Source of the DNA: Phaeosaccion multiseriatum
Lineage: Eukaryota; Protista; Ochrophyta, other classes
Assembly: GCA_965112735.1 (NCBI GenBank)
Contig: OZ218958.1
Span: forward strand, 1,860,001-1,924,000
Direction: 5' to 3'
DNA length: 64,000 nt
The translations under genes were made by a program, and so were the position numbers. The notes below the pieces were generated by a model. It did no database searches. It was not told where the DNA came from and saw only the letters and a list, made by a program, of their open reading frames with translations. This document shows positions 1 to 17,600 of the stretch, piece by piece (position 1 is the first letter of the stretch; every line of letters begins with the position of its first letter).

Positions 1-932
1 AGTGCTGTGCTCAAGGGGTGCTCTGAATGGGGCCCTACGCTGCTAGGCTTAGGCTGTACCGAGGTGAATGGGCCTCCTGGGGGGCTGCGGGGATGGCAGT
101 GGACGGTTAACGCGACGCGCCGGCGGAGAAGATGTGCGTGTGTGTGTGTGTGCACGCTTTCTTTCGCCCCCCTTACGAGGCAGTCTGTGAGGTTAAGTAA
201 AGGAGGTGGGATAGGAGGGATTATTATTATGTTTTTTTATCATTTTTATGATTCATTGTTATGATATATACGGCAGTGAGTACCTGTGCGTGAAAGCGTA
301 TGGCGTGGAGGGGGCTGGGAGCTGGCGCACACATGCGAGGTGGACGTTGGGGTTTGCTTGATGGGTGCCCCAAGCACGAGCACGAGCACCAGCACGGTGT
401 GTACAAGTATGTAGGAAATGTATGGAAGGAAGAGCATAGATTGAGGAAATTCAAAGGAAATATGGGTACAGTATGTAACGTCGTCTTACGTATCGTTAGG
501 GAAGAGGGGTGGGAAGTGTGTAGGGGTATTTCTTTAACTTTTTTTGGGTTGCAATTACGCCAAGTAAGCAGATAGGCGGGTAGGCGGGTACGGTAGGTGG
601 GTAGGCGGGTAAGTAAGCAGGTGGGGCTCCGAGTTTCACCAACTCGGGCTCATAACCTTACAACAAACAGTTGACACGAAATAAAAACATCACTTTTTAA
701 GGAGAAAAGGACTAGTGTGGCTTGGCTATGCCCCTCTCTTCCTTCAGATTCTTGCACCCCTCTGCCCCACTCTCCCTTCATATGTCTTACCCCATGCCAG
801 GGTGCGTTACGTCCTCTCCACTCCCTCCTCCACACCCTCCAGACCCTCCACACCGCCCCATACCTTCCTACCCTTCACACGGCCAACCCTTCTCCACACC
901 TCGCTCACTTGCTCACTCACTCACTCACTCAC

Positions 933-3807
<2,875 letters not shown>

Positions 3808-3955
3808 CAGCCGCCTGTGCGCTCAGCCCTACTAGAGGGGGAGAGAAGGACGAGTACAGAGTATAGAGAGTTAATCGCCAACTGTGAAGGATCGTGGCTA
3901 GCCAACCCGCGCAGCCAGCCAGAACTCGCGCCAAAAAACACATACCACACAAACC

Positions 3956-4057
<102 letters not shown>

Positions 4058-4411
4058 GGCACACCCAATTATGTAAATCCTAGGTTGATTCGATAGCTTA
4101 GTTTCAGTTTCGACACCCCCCCGCACTCGTCACTGGACCTGATCCAGTCAATCCAAGCTTGAGTGAGGGAGGCGTGTTGTGTGAACTGTCGAATGAATGA
4201 CTGCTGACTGGCTGCCGCTGAACTGTCGACTGGCTCCCAAAAGAGACCCTTTCAATTTCTCCTCATTTCTACTTCTTTTTTCCTTGGGCTCTCGTTATAC
4301 CCCTCTACCTCTTACACTGTGCCCCCTGCCCCTCTACTACCGCTACCGCTACTATTTCTCCTTCTCCTTCTAAGACTGCTACTACTGCCACTACAGCTCG
4401 GTCAATGTTTA

Positions 4412-5070
<659 letters not shown>

Positions 5071-5485
5071 ACCTCCTCCCCTGGTAGTACACCACTACAC
5101 GCCACCACTACTACTACTACGACACTACTACTACGACGACTACTGCTGCTGCTGCTACAACTACGACCACGACTACCTACTCGAGATGGGCGGTATGCTT
5201 ACAAAGAAAGTCGCCATCACTCTCAGTAGCCCGTCCCCACAATGTCTTGGACCCCTCAACTACTTGTTGTAGTGGCCGTGTTCCTCCCCATCTTCCTCCC
5301 TACCTCCCTCCCTCCCTCCCTCCGTCCCTCCCTCCCTCCCTCCCTTCGTCCCCTCCCTTCGTCCGTCCCTCCCTCCCTCCGTCCCTCCACCCTCTCTCCC
5401 TCCCTCCCTCCTTTCTTTCCTTCCCTTCCTCCTGTTCCGCCCACCCTCCCTTCCTTCCTCCACCTCGTTACGTAAGTTAAATACG

Positions 5486-7789
5486 TTACGAGTTCTCAAT
5501 GGCAACATTAGTAATGAGGGTGATGCGCTTCGTACTGAGGTGTGGCTGCTCGTCATAGCTCTTGTTGAGCCTTGCTTGAGCCAGCTCCCGCGCCTCAATC
5601 TTGCGCATAAACGCCAGCTGCTGCCGACTGCCGTCATGGTTTCGGCTCTCCAGCCAGGCAGGGTCTCGAGGATCGCGCGTAAAGTCGTTCCATGCACTTG
5701 TGTCAAACTTGTCGTTGTAAAAGTTGTGTCGCAGCAACCCCTTGTTCTTCATCGTCACGCAGTCGAGAACTCCCTGAGGGGGAAAGCAAGGGAGAGAGGG
5801 AGGAAGAGAAGAGTAGAGTGAGTGAGTGCGTGAGTGATGGAAAGACTCCTACAGCGTCTAAGACTCTTGTAGCGTTTGGTGGTGGAAGAGAGTCCCGTCC
5901 TCTCCCCTCCCCTCCGCTCCCCTCCCCTCCCCTCCTACTCCCCTTCCCGCACCTGGCTACCCGTGGTGCTGAACATCTTCTCCTTCTCTCGCAGCTCCGA
6001 GATGAGTTTCTTGAAGCTTCTGCTCTTGGCCACCTGCGTCATCAGTTTTCAGTTTTTCAGAAATAGTTCCCGTTCCGGAGACCTACTACATCCCAAACCC
6101 CAATCACCTCGTCCTCGGGACTAGTCTTAGTAGGCAACAGCATTGACGGCACTGAAAGGAGGGTTGGAAAGAACCAAATGCTTCGACGGCAAGGGAAGGC
6201 CAAGCAGTAGAAACTCTTGTCTGGACATTTTACCCACCCACACACCTGTGTAATGTTGTGTGCCTTGGGCTTTTGCGCAAAGCCGTGCCCATAGAGATGC
6301 AGGTCGTCATCGTGCTTGTCGAAGAAGTCCTCAGCGATAATGCGCCGCCCCACAAGCTTCTCAGCTTCGTCGAGCACTCCGTCGCCGTTACAGTCGAATC
6401 TGAGGGGGGTGGGTAGGTAAGTGGGTGGGTGGGTGGGATGGCTGAGTGGGTGAGTACACTCAGATGAGAAGAAGACATCTTGCATTCCCTCCCTCCCACC
6501 CTCCCTCACGTACCTCTTTGCCAGTGAGTAGTCTTCCTGACTGACCACCCCATCGCCGTCAATGTCATAGGAGCAGTGCGGGATGTTGCGCCTCCCCACG
6601 AGAGCGTCAAGGTCTGACTTGGTCTGGTGGGGGGGGATGTTATTGGTCTTGGGGTCCAGCAGGAGCGATCGCAGCGGCTGCGCTTTGCTCATTTTGCAGC
6701 GACTGTACCACCTCGGGTCCATTTCTTCGCTGCGATCGGTCGCTGCTGATTCTCCTGCTGCTGTTGCTGCTGGCCCCACGCCGCTGCTGGTGGCAACCTC
6801 GTCACTTACGCCATTCGCAGCTGGGCTGGAGGACGAAGGTGGTAGGCCCATGCTCTTCCTATACTGCGCCTTTCTTCGCACCTTCTCAATGTCTTTGGCC
6901 ATGCTCTCTTCCTCCAGCCTCTCTCGGACCTGTTCCACATAGAACTCGAGGTCCCCAATATCCATCTTGTTGAGACCCAATGGGAACTCATCCACGTGGG
7001 ACGCAGACGCCGATGACGATATTGTGGGTTGTGCATAGGACCCTTGCTGCTGCTGCTGCTGCTGCTGGCCGACTCTCGTCGGGCTACCGCCTCTGCTCCT
7101 GCTTCCTCCTCCCCACCCCCCTTCTCTGTTGTTCCCTTCTCTATTGCTCGCTCGAGAGCTCGGCCGTGAAGCCCGCTCGAAAAGCGGTACACCTGTGCCT
7201 CTACTACTTGAGTGTGGGGCAGTGCGTGGGGGCGTTCGATATCGGGAGGAGGGACTGCCACCCGCGCGATTGTTGCTCCTGCCACTATTGCTGTCTCCAA
7301 AGAAGGCCTCGCTGCTGCCGCTACTGCTGCTGCTGCTAAAGTGCCCCGGGGATGATCGCCCTGCGTGCTGTTGCTGGATTCCAAACTCTCTGTCGAATGT
7401 CACGGGAGATAGACCCCCCCCGGTCAAGCCGTTCAGGACGGGGGAGAGGCTGGAAGAAGACTTCCGACCTGCACTGGGACTGCCGCGACTGCACCCACGG
7501 CGAGAGATAAATGGAAGACAGGTAAGCTCGGATGCTAACAGTTGAGGAAAGAGAGCGGGGCAGCAACGGCTTCACATCTGGAAGAACCTCATCTCATAGC
7601 ACTTGTCTACGAAGTGACACTCGTGTGTGCGTCGTGCCGGCTGCTTTCACCTTTTCAGTCACGTTCCACCTAAGCCCCTCCCTCCTTGCCTCTTGCTGCT
7701 CACCTGGACGAGCCGCGGTACCCTCTCCCAATATGTATGTTGTTCGTGACGCCCACTTGATTGCGGCCTCGCCTCCCTGTTGCTGGCAT
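5486..7789 (-). CDS. EF-hand pair protein with long disordered N-terminus (about 5 exons)
   Basis: YDIDGDGVVSQEDYSLAKR|FDCNGDGVLDEAEK gives two DxDGDG loops across an intron. Downstream exons VAKSRSFKKLISELREKE and GVLDCVTM...NVAIENS* splice in phase. ATG 7789 inferred from a phase-compatible GTGAG..CAG intron. Confidence 0.7.
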
Positions 7790-8125
7790 TCTGTCTTCCT
7801 TCGCTGAGTATTGGACACTGAGAAGCTTGTCAACCTCTTTTCTGGCTCCTCTCACCTACGCCTGAGGCATATCTCTTTACAGCTGTCTGTGTTCTGCCTG
7901 GTTTGGTGAGCGCTGATCCGGAAGCCAGAAAAATCGTAACGCCAGTTTCAGCTCATGAGTCATTCATTGACTTACTTTCCTATCTCTCTCCTTTTGCTAT
8001 ACACCATGAAGAGGGGGGATCAGAGGCATTTGTAACGGAGCGGATGGCCCTGTGAAAGAGGGGATTACAAGCCCTGATTTTGAAAGGACTTGAATGAGGC
8101 GATCCAGGGCCAAGGGCTGAAGGAT

Positions 8126-9706
8126 ATGGTATACCTCCTTATTCCCGAGGAGGACTTGCCTGCAGCAGCCGCAGAAGCAGCAACAGAGACCGAAGAGAGT
8201 GAAGCCGCAGGAGGGGTGGAGTCAAAAGCAGTAGCAGTAGGATTACCCCAGCAAAAAGTGTCGACGGCAGCCTTCTTTCAACGCTTTGGGCTGGAGGAGT
8301 TTGACCAATCGCTCTCCTCGGTCCGGTTGCGCAACACCTTTAGCCACTTTCTCTCCCAGTCGACTGGTGGCAAGCCTTACGAGGTCCTTGTCCGGGAAAA
8401 GGCGGGATGGGCAGAGTTCTTGCAGTACGAGCCGAAGGGCTTTCCCAAGGAGGCTTTTGACAAGGAGCGGTTAAGGAGGGCGTTTGCTCTCAGCACTAGC
8501 AGCATGGGGGGAGGAGGCGGTGGGGCGACGGAGCAATCCAGTGACGCTGCCAGTGCAGGTGAGAAGAGTGAGAGATGGCGTTCTCACCAACCCTGCCCGA
8601 ACCTCCTTCAAGTAGCACCTTTCCATCTTTTGTCATTGACGGAGGGAGGCCTGTGAACTGTGTGAGCATGACAGCAGCAGGGCAACAGCTCTACGCAAGC
8701 GGTAGCAGCAGCTTGTTTTATAAACAGAGGGTGGCGGTGCCGATCGTTCCTCCAAGGCGAACGAGGAGCTTGCTGAGATTAAGGACCAGGTCAAGCTCAA
8801 GGAGAAGGAGCTGCAGGCCGTGGCGAAGCAGCACGAGGCGATGGAGGCAGCGCTGCAGCAGACGCAGCAGCAGCAGTAGTAGTGCACTGGGAAGCGTAGC
8901 CTCGAAGAGATTCACAGAGTCGGTGTCGTTTATGAGCAGTTCCCCCCTGTTTTTGCCGATGCTGTGCGCTCACTGTGCCCCCCCCCCCCACACACACACA
9001 CACACACCCTTCCGGTCACCTCACCCACACAGGGTCCAAGAGACAGACACCACCTCCTGGGGGCTACGTCAGCGCCTTGCCCGTCTCTCTGAAGCGGAAG
9101 CGGGATGGAGGGACGGTAGCGGCCGCGGGTAGTGGCACCCCTGCTTTCTATGGAGCATCAACAGCAACAGCAGCAGCTAGTTATACAGCGACATCGCTGG
9201 GCGCCCCTCACGGGCCTGCCGCTGTACTACCACCAACTTCTGCTGCTGCTTCTTCTGCTGCGGCGTCATCATCAGCAGCTACATGGGGCAAGGCAAAGCC
9301 CGTGCACAAGCCGAGTAAGTCAGTGGTGGACCGCCTAGCCAAGCTGTCCTGGGGCAGGAAATGGAAGAACCCGTTCCTGGCGGTCATCACGCGAGAGAGC
9401 GCACCTGCCCTCGGCTGCCCTGCCTACTTTACCGTAGTGCAAGACCCGATGAACCTCACCTGGATGAAGCAAAAAGTAACGGGCAAGACGCCGCCCGCCG
9501 CCACAAGGGTCGCCCAAGAGCCCTATCGCCACTTGCTTAAGCAATACACCTCCTTGGAAGAGGTGGAGGCAGATTGCCGCCTGCTGGTGAGGAATGCGCA
9601 CGCCTACAACCGGCCTGGTGATGATGTGTACGGCTTTGCGTCGGAGCTGTTCCAGGTGCTGCAGTCCGAGTGCCTCAAGCATGGGCACCAAGTGGCCGAC
9701 TTATGA
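8126..9706 (+). CDS. C-terminal bromodomain protein (3 exons; model contains in-frame TAG TAG at 8877-8882)
   Basis: NPFL...CPAYFTVVQDPMNLTWMKQKV...YTSLEEVEADCRLLVRNAHAYNRPGDDVY matches the bromodomain pattern with the conserved Asn. Introns 8559-8727 and 8923-9032 are both phase 1. Start uncertain. Confidence 0.7.
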
Positions 9707-10097
9707 CACTTCTTTTTGTGACACTTCACTTTTGGGCACCAAGTGGTAGCCCCTTTATGACACTATTTGCGACAGCTCATGGAGGGAGGGAGGTCTGTTC
9801 AGGAGTAGCCCGGTATCCTTCTCGAGAATGAATAGATATACTCCAAGGGAGGGAAGGAGGGAGGGAGGGAGGGAGGGACGTTCTCCTGCGTCCCTACGTC
9901 CCTCTCCACACAATACAAGTCCATGAGAAACGATGCAAAAGCAAAAGCCTCTCCAGCAGCAATGGCAGCAGTAAGAAGGAAAGACCAAAGAAAAAAGAAA
10001 GGGAGGAAGGATTCAAGGAAGGAAGGAAGGAAGGAAGGAAAGCACATAATATATGTATGTAGAGAGGTTTCTGAGCAGAAAAGATGACGTCAATCGA

Positions 10098-13000
10098 TCA
10101 TGACCCTGCGGCTGCCGGGGCGGTGTTGACGGAGCGACGCGGCGGGGGTGGGCCTCTCGGTGTGACGGCTTGCAGCCACATCCACAGATCAGAAGGGTGC
10201 ACCACTCCGCCGCCCAAGCCACTCCTTTCCCCCGCCACTACCTCCACCTCTGCGTCCTCCTCCTCCTCCTCCTCCTCCTCATCCTCCTCACCCTCCTCCT
10301 CCTCCTCATCCTCCTCACTCCCTGGTGGCATCTTCGCACTCGTCCTGACCTTTTTGCTGCTAGCGCCAGGACTGGATCCGTCCCCGGCCGCCGATGCGCT
10401 TAAAGGATGAGACGATGCGCCCCCCCTCCCTCTCGGGATGAAAGATGACAAAGAGGACTTCATGCCTCCCCCTGCTGGGTCCAGGCGCCTCCCTCCTTTG
10501 CCACCATAGCCCAGAGGCTGCTGCCGTCCACTGCCATGTGTACTGCCACGTCTACTGCTACCCCCATGCTGCCGCTCCTTCTGCTGCTGTCGCTCCCTCC
10601 GGTGCTGCCGCAGCTTTTCGTCGCGACTTCGTGACGGTGGTCGATTGGCGATCTCTAACGTGGCGTCGTAGCCGTGGCTGTTGAGCAAAGAGAGGACGAG
10701 CAGCGGGTCTCTTCGAGCCGCGTGTTCCACAAAACCCAAGAAGCTCTTCAGCGTCAGAGCCTTGCACGACATGAGGCTGCGGAAACCGCCGCCCTTCGTC
10801 GCACTCCGGACGCAACCCTTGGTACTCTTGGCAACTGCTGCTGTATCACCAACGGTCGATGCTGATACTCCTCGGACCAACCCTCCGTCCGTGCCGCCCT
10901 GCCTCCTCTGGCCGTTACTGTTGCCGCGGTTGCTGCGACGGGGAGGAGGAAGCGTCTGCGCGGACTGGGACTTGGACAGGTAGCTGAGGCTGGGGCTGCC
11001 ACGAGAAGAAAGCCGTCGCTGATGTTGCCGTTGTTGCTGGCTGGACCTGAGGCTTCTCGTCGACGGCTTGATCCACCGCGGGCTTGTCTGTGAGGTGTGG
11101 GCTTCTTGTGCCGCCCCGACCTGACACCAGGCATCTTGTAGCGCTCCGACCTCCTCTTCGTCCAGCCTGTCGTCCGCATCGCTATCGTAGAGCCGAAACA
11201 GCGCCGCAAACACTCTGATCGCTCGGGATGTCAAGCCGGCTCCTCCTCCTGGTGTTGCTGCTGCTCCTCCTCCTCCTTCTCTACCTCCTCCTCCTCCCGC
11301 ATCCCCTCCTCCTCCTCCTCCTCCTCCTCCTCCTCCCCCTCCCCCTCTTCTTTCCACTCTGTGCTCGTCCTGGTGTGGCGCCGCAAGACGAAGTTGCAGG
11401 GACGAAGGAGAAGGCGCCAAAGAAAGACAATGGACAGATCCCGGCCTTGCTTTGCTTGTCATCATTCCCTGAGCCGAGGAGGGCCGTTGCTGCCGCTCCC
11501 CCTCCTCTTTTTCCTCTTCCTCCCCCGCACACGCCTGCTCGTTATCTTCCTCCTCCTCCTCCTCCTCCTCCTCCTCCTCCTCCTCCTCCTCCTCCTCCTC
11601 CTCCTCCTCCTCCTCCTCCTCCTGAGTAGTACCTCTCCGCCGCATCCCCTCCGTCTCCTTCAGAGGGGCAAGAAGGACAGCGGTGGCCGCCCAAAGGGCA
11701 GCAGGGCTGTCAAACACCGTCGCACGCTTCCTATCCTCCCCCCCCGTTCCTACTTCCAATACACCTCCTTGCGTAACAGAAGCTGTGCGTTCCTTCTCAG
11801 CATCTCGTCGCATCTGAGGAGCGGAGGCAGGGCGACTCTTTCGACTTCTCCTACTAGTACTAGTAGTCGAAGGAGGATTACCACCACCACCACCACCACC
11901 TCGACTACCCTGCCCGGATGCTGCGGAAGGGGCGGACTTGATAGGACCGTTGATACCACTACTGCGGCACAGGGCGGAGGGAAAGGCTGCCTCAGACGGC
12001 TGCTGGTGCGACTGAGCTGTTTTGGCGGGAGTCTTGACCTGGACCCTGCTTTCCCAGGGCCTCACTACGGCCGCTGCCTTGACAGCGTGGGTGTGTGCGT
12101 AGGGCAGAAGGGCGGCCTTGTCCGGCGGCGGTGCGAGGGGCTTGGCCTCTCCGCCTTCGCTGTGTGTGTCTGTAGAGACGCTCCTGATGACTTTAGCCTG
12201 TGGTGGATCATGGATGGAGAACCGTGGTGGATCATGGATGGAGAAGCGCAAGTGTGTGTGTGAGTGTGCGTGTGAATGTGTGTGTGAGAGAGAGAGAGTG
12301 TGTGTGTGCGAGTGCGTGTGCGTGTTTTCGTGTGCGGGCGCGCGTGTGTGTGTGTGCGTGCGTGCGTTTTGTGAATGTGTATGCGTTTGTGTGTGTGCAC
12401 ATATCTCCTCCTCCTCCTCCTCCTCCTCCTCCTCCTCCCTAACCCCCTCCCTCTATCTGTGTAGACTGACTTGACAAGTGAACTGACGTGACGGACTCAC
12501 CACCTACCCCCACACCTCACACCCCACCACCCCCTTCCTTCACCTGAACTGGCGTGTTGGTGACCTTCCTCGCCAGGAGTGCATAATTGAGCGTGTTGAT
12601 TGTCTCCTCCAGCATGGTGTGCGACGGGTTAAGATTCAGAACGAGCGCAGAGAAGCTGTTACCCCCGAGGCTGTCGCTGAGGATGCGCGTGAGCTTGGAC
12701 TGGCGGTATGGTATATAGGCATCTCCTTCCGCGAGGGCCTTGATCACCCGTCCTAGAGAGAGCAGAGAGGTTCCTATCGCCACAGAGTGGGGTAGGCAGG
12801 GCAAGGCAGGTGGGACGGGGGGGGGCAGGGAGAAGGGGGGGGAAAGTGTGAGACAGATGTACGCACGAACAAGGCAGGGATCCGGCTGCCGCGTAGGGCT
12901 CCTTTCGTAAGCATTTCGTAAGCATTGTCACACGCGCCAGCCCCTCCCCTCCCCTCCCCTGTCCTCCCCTCCCCTCCTTTCTCCTCCCTTCTCCTCCCCT

Positions 13001-14608
13001 CTCCCCTCCCCTTCCCTCCCCTCCCCTCCCCTCCCCACCCCCTCCCTCCCTTACCCCCCCCCCCCTCCGTTCTTCTCACCGATAGCTCCCGCTTCCTTCG
13101 CCCGCTCCCCTCTCGCTCCGCTCCTCTTGATGTTCTCACTGCCGCACAAGTCCACGAGGTTAAGCTTCCCATCCCTCACTACCTCTCCCCCCCATGCCGT
13201 CAGCTCGCAGCTCACCACCCGCAGACCGAACACAGCGTGACTGCGAGACGAGTGGCGGTTACAGAGAGTCTCTGCTGTCCGACGGCGCTTTTGACTCCGA
13301 CGCATGAGGGCAAAGATTTGCTCCGCGGACGTGACCTGCACCTGTAGTAAGATAAGTCAATGATGTAGCGCCGTGTTAGAACCAAACTAAACCAGGTGCT
13401 CTATAGGTCTCTCCACAGCCGCTTTCGGAGTGAGTTAATACACTCTAAAGTCTCGTCTTCGACTGAGTCAGTCGCTGCCCCGCGCAAGGAACACAAATGA
13501 ACCTCATCCTTCTAACGCCAGCCCGGCAGACCTACCCACGTGCAAACACAATCATGGACTTGGGGTTGCACCAACACACACACCTGTGTGAGCCCACGCA
13601 CCACCACACCGAGCTCGGGATGCTCCTCTATGGTGAGCGAGGCCTGCTGATGCCCTTGCTGCGGCTTGTGGTTCGACGAGCTGCCTCCCCCCCCTGCCCC
13701 GCCGTGTTCGTTACGTCCGTCTCCCGCGTCGATTCTCGCTCTCAGCCGCCTCCATGCGTCCGCCCCGACCCCCTTGGGACTACCACCACCCCCCCTGGGA
13801 CTACCACCACCCCCCCGGGGACTATTCATGCCCCCTCGGGGAGATCTTGGCGAAGGGCTATACGAGCGCCGATGCTGTGGCGAACGCACGGGAGAGGAGG
13901 CGCCGCTGTCTCTGTCTCCGTCTCTGTCTCTGTCTCTGTCTCCTCCTGACCCCCAACCCGCTGCTCTCCCACTCGAGGTGCTGAGTCGAGGGCTTCGGTG
14001 GCTGTACCTCCCTTGGTGGTGGGTAAGGTTGGGCCTCCCGTGGTTGTTGTTGTTGGGGTTCGTGTTTGGCTTGAGGATGTTGTGCGCGACACTGTCCCGC
14101 GGGTGGCTCTTCTCAAGCAAGTCGAACACCTGGGGTGCCATAGGGAGAGAGAAACGACACACACAAAAGAGATGAAAGAGGGAGGGAACTGATAGGATTT
14201 ATGACGGCGAAACACACATATACACACATGCATCGTGTACACACACACACGCACACACACATGCACACACACGCACACACACATACCCAGCGGCGCCACA
14301 ATCACCCTCCCGTGTCAAAGAGAGAGGATGGCAGTAGACGGACCTCCAAGCATTCGACTATCGACCCGCTTACTCTGGTTCTTTGGTGTTGCATGGGGTC
14401 TCTATTACTCTGAAACTGAAGCTGAGAACTGACCTGCTCGTTGTATATCTCCATGTGCGAGGCGTAGATCCAGTGCCTTCTGTGCCCAAACTCTTGCGTG
14501 AGGGCCGTGAAGATGGAATGGACGGCTCTGGGGATCACGCCAAGGGAGGCTGCTGCTGCTGCTGCTGCTTCTGCTGCTGCCGCTGCTGCTGCTCCTCCTC
14601 CTCCTGCG

Positions 14609-14644
<36 letters not shown>

Positions 14645-17600
14645 TCTGCAGATGGCGTCAACTCGGGCTGCTGGAGAGCCAATTGGTCCTGCTCGAGACC
14701 CCCCTCCATGGTAAAAGTCTTGCCGCTGCCTGTCTGTCCGTAGGCGAGGACTGAGCAAATGTAACCGTCGAGTACTTTGTGGACCATGGGTTGCACAACC
14801 TGGTCATACAGAAGGGAGGGAGGGAGGGAGGGAGGGAGGGAGGGAGGGAGGGAGGGAGGGAGGGAGGGAGGGAGGGAGGGAGGGAGGGAGGGAGGGAGGG
14901 AGGGAGGGAGGGAGGGAGGGAGGGAGGGAGGGAGGGAGGGAGGGAGGGAGGGAGGGAGGGAGGGAGGGAGGGAGGGAGGGAGGGAGGGAGGGAGGGAGGG
15001 AGGAAGGAAGGAAGGAAGGAGGGAGGGAAGGGAGAGGGGGAATCAATCAATCACTAGTCAATCAATCAAACAACCAATAATCAGATAATCAACCAAATAC
15101 TCAACCAACAATCAATCAGTCAATCGATCGATCAATCAATCGATCAATCAATCAATCAATCAACCAATGCGTCAATCAACAAATCAATCAAATAGCCAAT
15201 CAATCAACCAAGCAATCAAATAGCCAATCAATCAACCACCCACTCAATCTCACAATCAATCAATCAATCAATCGATCGATCAATCGATCAATCTCTCACT
15301 CAGACCACTACACCACTACACCATTCAAACCTAAACCTCAAACCTCAAGAAACCTCAAGCCTGAAGCTCAAACTCAAACCTCGAACTCAACCTCACTATT
15401 CTTCTACCCTAAAAAACGCAAACTCACCTGGCGATATACCGCCGCCTGCGACGTCTCCGCCGGAAAGACGGCGTCGAAAGGGAAGCTGTAGCTCGTGCGT
15501 TTGACTGCCATTTCCTCAGCAAGCAACGATACAGTTGGCGGCGACCCAAAGGCGGCGGATGTCGAAGTGGTAATGGCCGGTCGGGTGCCCGCTCGCTTCT
15601 CGTGCGCCAACAGGGGTCGCACCCTAGCTACCACTCGAATGCTCACCCCGCCCTTCCCGGTCAAGAGGCCATAGCTACCACTGCTGCTGCTGCTGCTGCT
15701 GCTGCCTGCTGCTGTATCGCCAACTGCTGCGGCTCTATCACCAGCCGCATCATCTCCCTGCTGCTGCTGCTCCTCCCCTACCGCCCTCTCCGCCTCCCTT
15801 CTTCCAGTCTCAGTCTGCGTTGGTGCCCCTTCCGCTGCCGCCTCTCCCGTCAGGGCGGCGAGGAGTCGCCTGGATACCTCATCGCGATGAGCAGCAGTGG
15901 CGGCGGCTCCTCCTCCGTCAGACAAGCCAAAGCCGGAACCTCCTCCGCCCCTCTGCCCCTGGGTCTCTGCCGCCGATGGCAGCTGACGTCGCCGAGGGGT
16001 GAAGCCGTTTCCCCCGTCCTCCTCGTCCTCGTCCTCCTCATCCCTCTCATCCTCCCCGCCCTCCTGCCCTTCGACTTTCCCCCTCCTCCTCTTCCTCCTC
16101 CTCCTCCTCCCGCTGTTGCTGGCACTGCTGAGCACTGCTGCTTCAATGGGAGCCACCGCAGCCAGAGACTGCAAGCGTCGGCGGTAGCCCCCCCCGCCTC
16201 TCTGCCAGAGTGCCGTGAAGCCCCCCCACGTGCTGGCAGAAAGATACATGAGGCTTTGCTCGGTGTCCACGGCAACGGCGGAAGCATGGCCCCACATGAG
16301 GGGGTGAAACGAGGCCTCGATATCGGCGTCATCGACATCATCAACATCGACATGGACATCGACATCGGGACCGGCATCAAAACCAAAACCAACACCAATA
16401 CCTCCACTCCTGCTGCCCGCTAACATGTGACCATCTCTACCCCTATCCCCCGGTCGTTGGCTGCCCCCTCCCCTTCCTCTTCCTCTTCCCCTTCCTCTTT
16501 CCCCTCCCCTTCCCCTTCCCCTTCCCCCGTCGCCCCATCTCCAGTAACGTGTATTCTTGGACGAAATCGCCGCTGCAGAAAGCACCACCTTCGCTCTGAA
16601 AGCGGCAAGCACCTCGTCCACCCCGTCGAGCCAGGCCACTGCCACAGGCCTCCCTCCCTCCGCAAAGCCGTGTTGACGTGCCCCGCAACAAGCCAGGTAC
16701 ACGGCTCTGTTGGTAGTTGTGGTGGTGGTGGTGGTGGTGGTGGTGGTGGTGGTGTTGAGTTGGGACGTGCGTGGCGAGTGGCGACCCAAGCAAAGACAGG
16801 ACGGACGATGCCGGGTAAGGAGAGCGAATGACAAGAGGCTGAGGGGCGCGCACACACACACATCCAGGAACGCTCTATCTCTGTTCGGTCCGAGAAGAGA
16901 GGGAAGAGAGAAGAGAGAAGAGAGAAGAGAGAAGAGAGAAGAAGGGGAGACAGGAGAGAGGAGAGAGGAGAGAGGAGAAGAGAGAGAAGGGAGAAGAGAG
17001 AACAGAGAAGAAGGGGAGAGAGGAGAGGAGAGGAGAGAGAGGAGACAAGAAACAAGAAGCAAGAGAGAACAACACCGCGGTAGAGCGGCAACCAAGCCAA
17101 ACCAAGCCAAGCCAAGCCACGCCGCGCCACCCCAAACGAAATGGGCGCCAACTTGTCACTTACGTTCTGACGTGGCTGGCAGCGGTGTCACTCCTCCTCC
17201 TCGACACCATCCCCTGGAGCGGCGGTAGGTCTCTACATACGGTCACCGCGTCGGGATAGAAGCCCCTCTCCGCCTCGGCGTATGACTCGCTCTTGGTTCG
17301 TGGCGTGCCCAGTCCTATCGGTGTACCACCAACTGCTGCTGCTCCTCCTCCTGCTGTTGGGATGACATTATCGACCCGCAAGTACGCTCTTACTTCGCCT
17401 GTGACCTATTCATGTGGAAAACACAGCCGAGAAGGAGCAGGGGAGGTAAAACGTGTGATGTGAGTACAGATCGGGGAGGAGGAGGAGGAGGAGGAGGAGG
17501 AGGAGGAGGAGGAGGAGGAGGAGGAGGAGGAGGAGGAGGAGGAGGAGGAGGAGGAGGAGGAGGAGGAGGAGGAGGAGGAGGAGGAGGAGGAGGAGGAGGA

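Noticed and set aside
629-647. Hairpin CCGAGTT-TCACC-AACTCGG
   Set aside because: A single 7-bp stem is expected by chance in 64 kb, and there is no supporting context.
8877-8882. Genome-wide TAG=Gln code reassignment
   Set aside because: TAG terminates PNKP and the 21547 gene at plausible ends, and the Gln-rich 2014-codon ORF contains no TAG.
15326-15395. Degenerate AAACCT(A/C) telomere-like tract in kinesin intron
   Set aside because: Too short and degenerate to distinguish from ordinary SSR decay.
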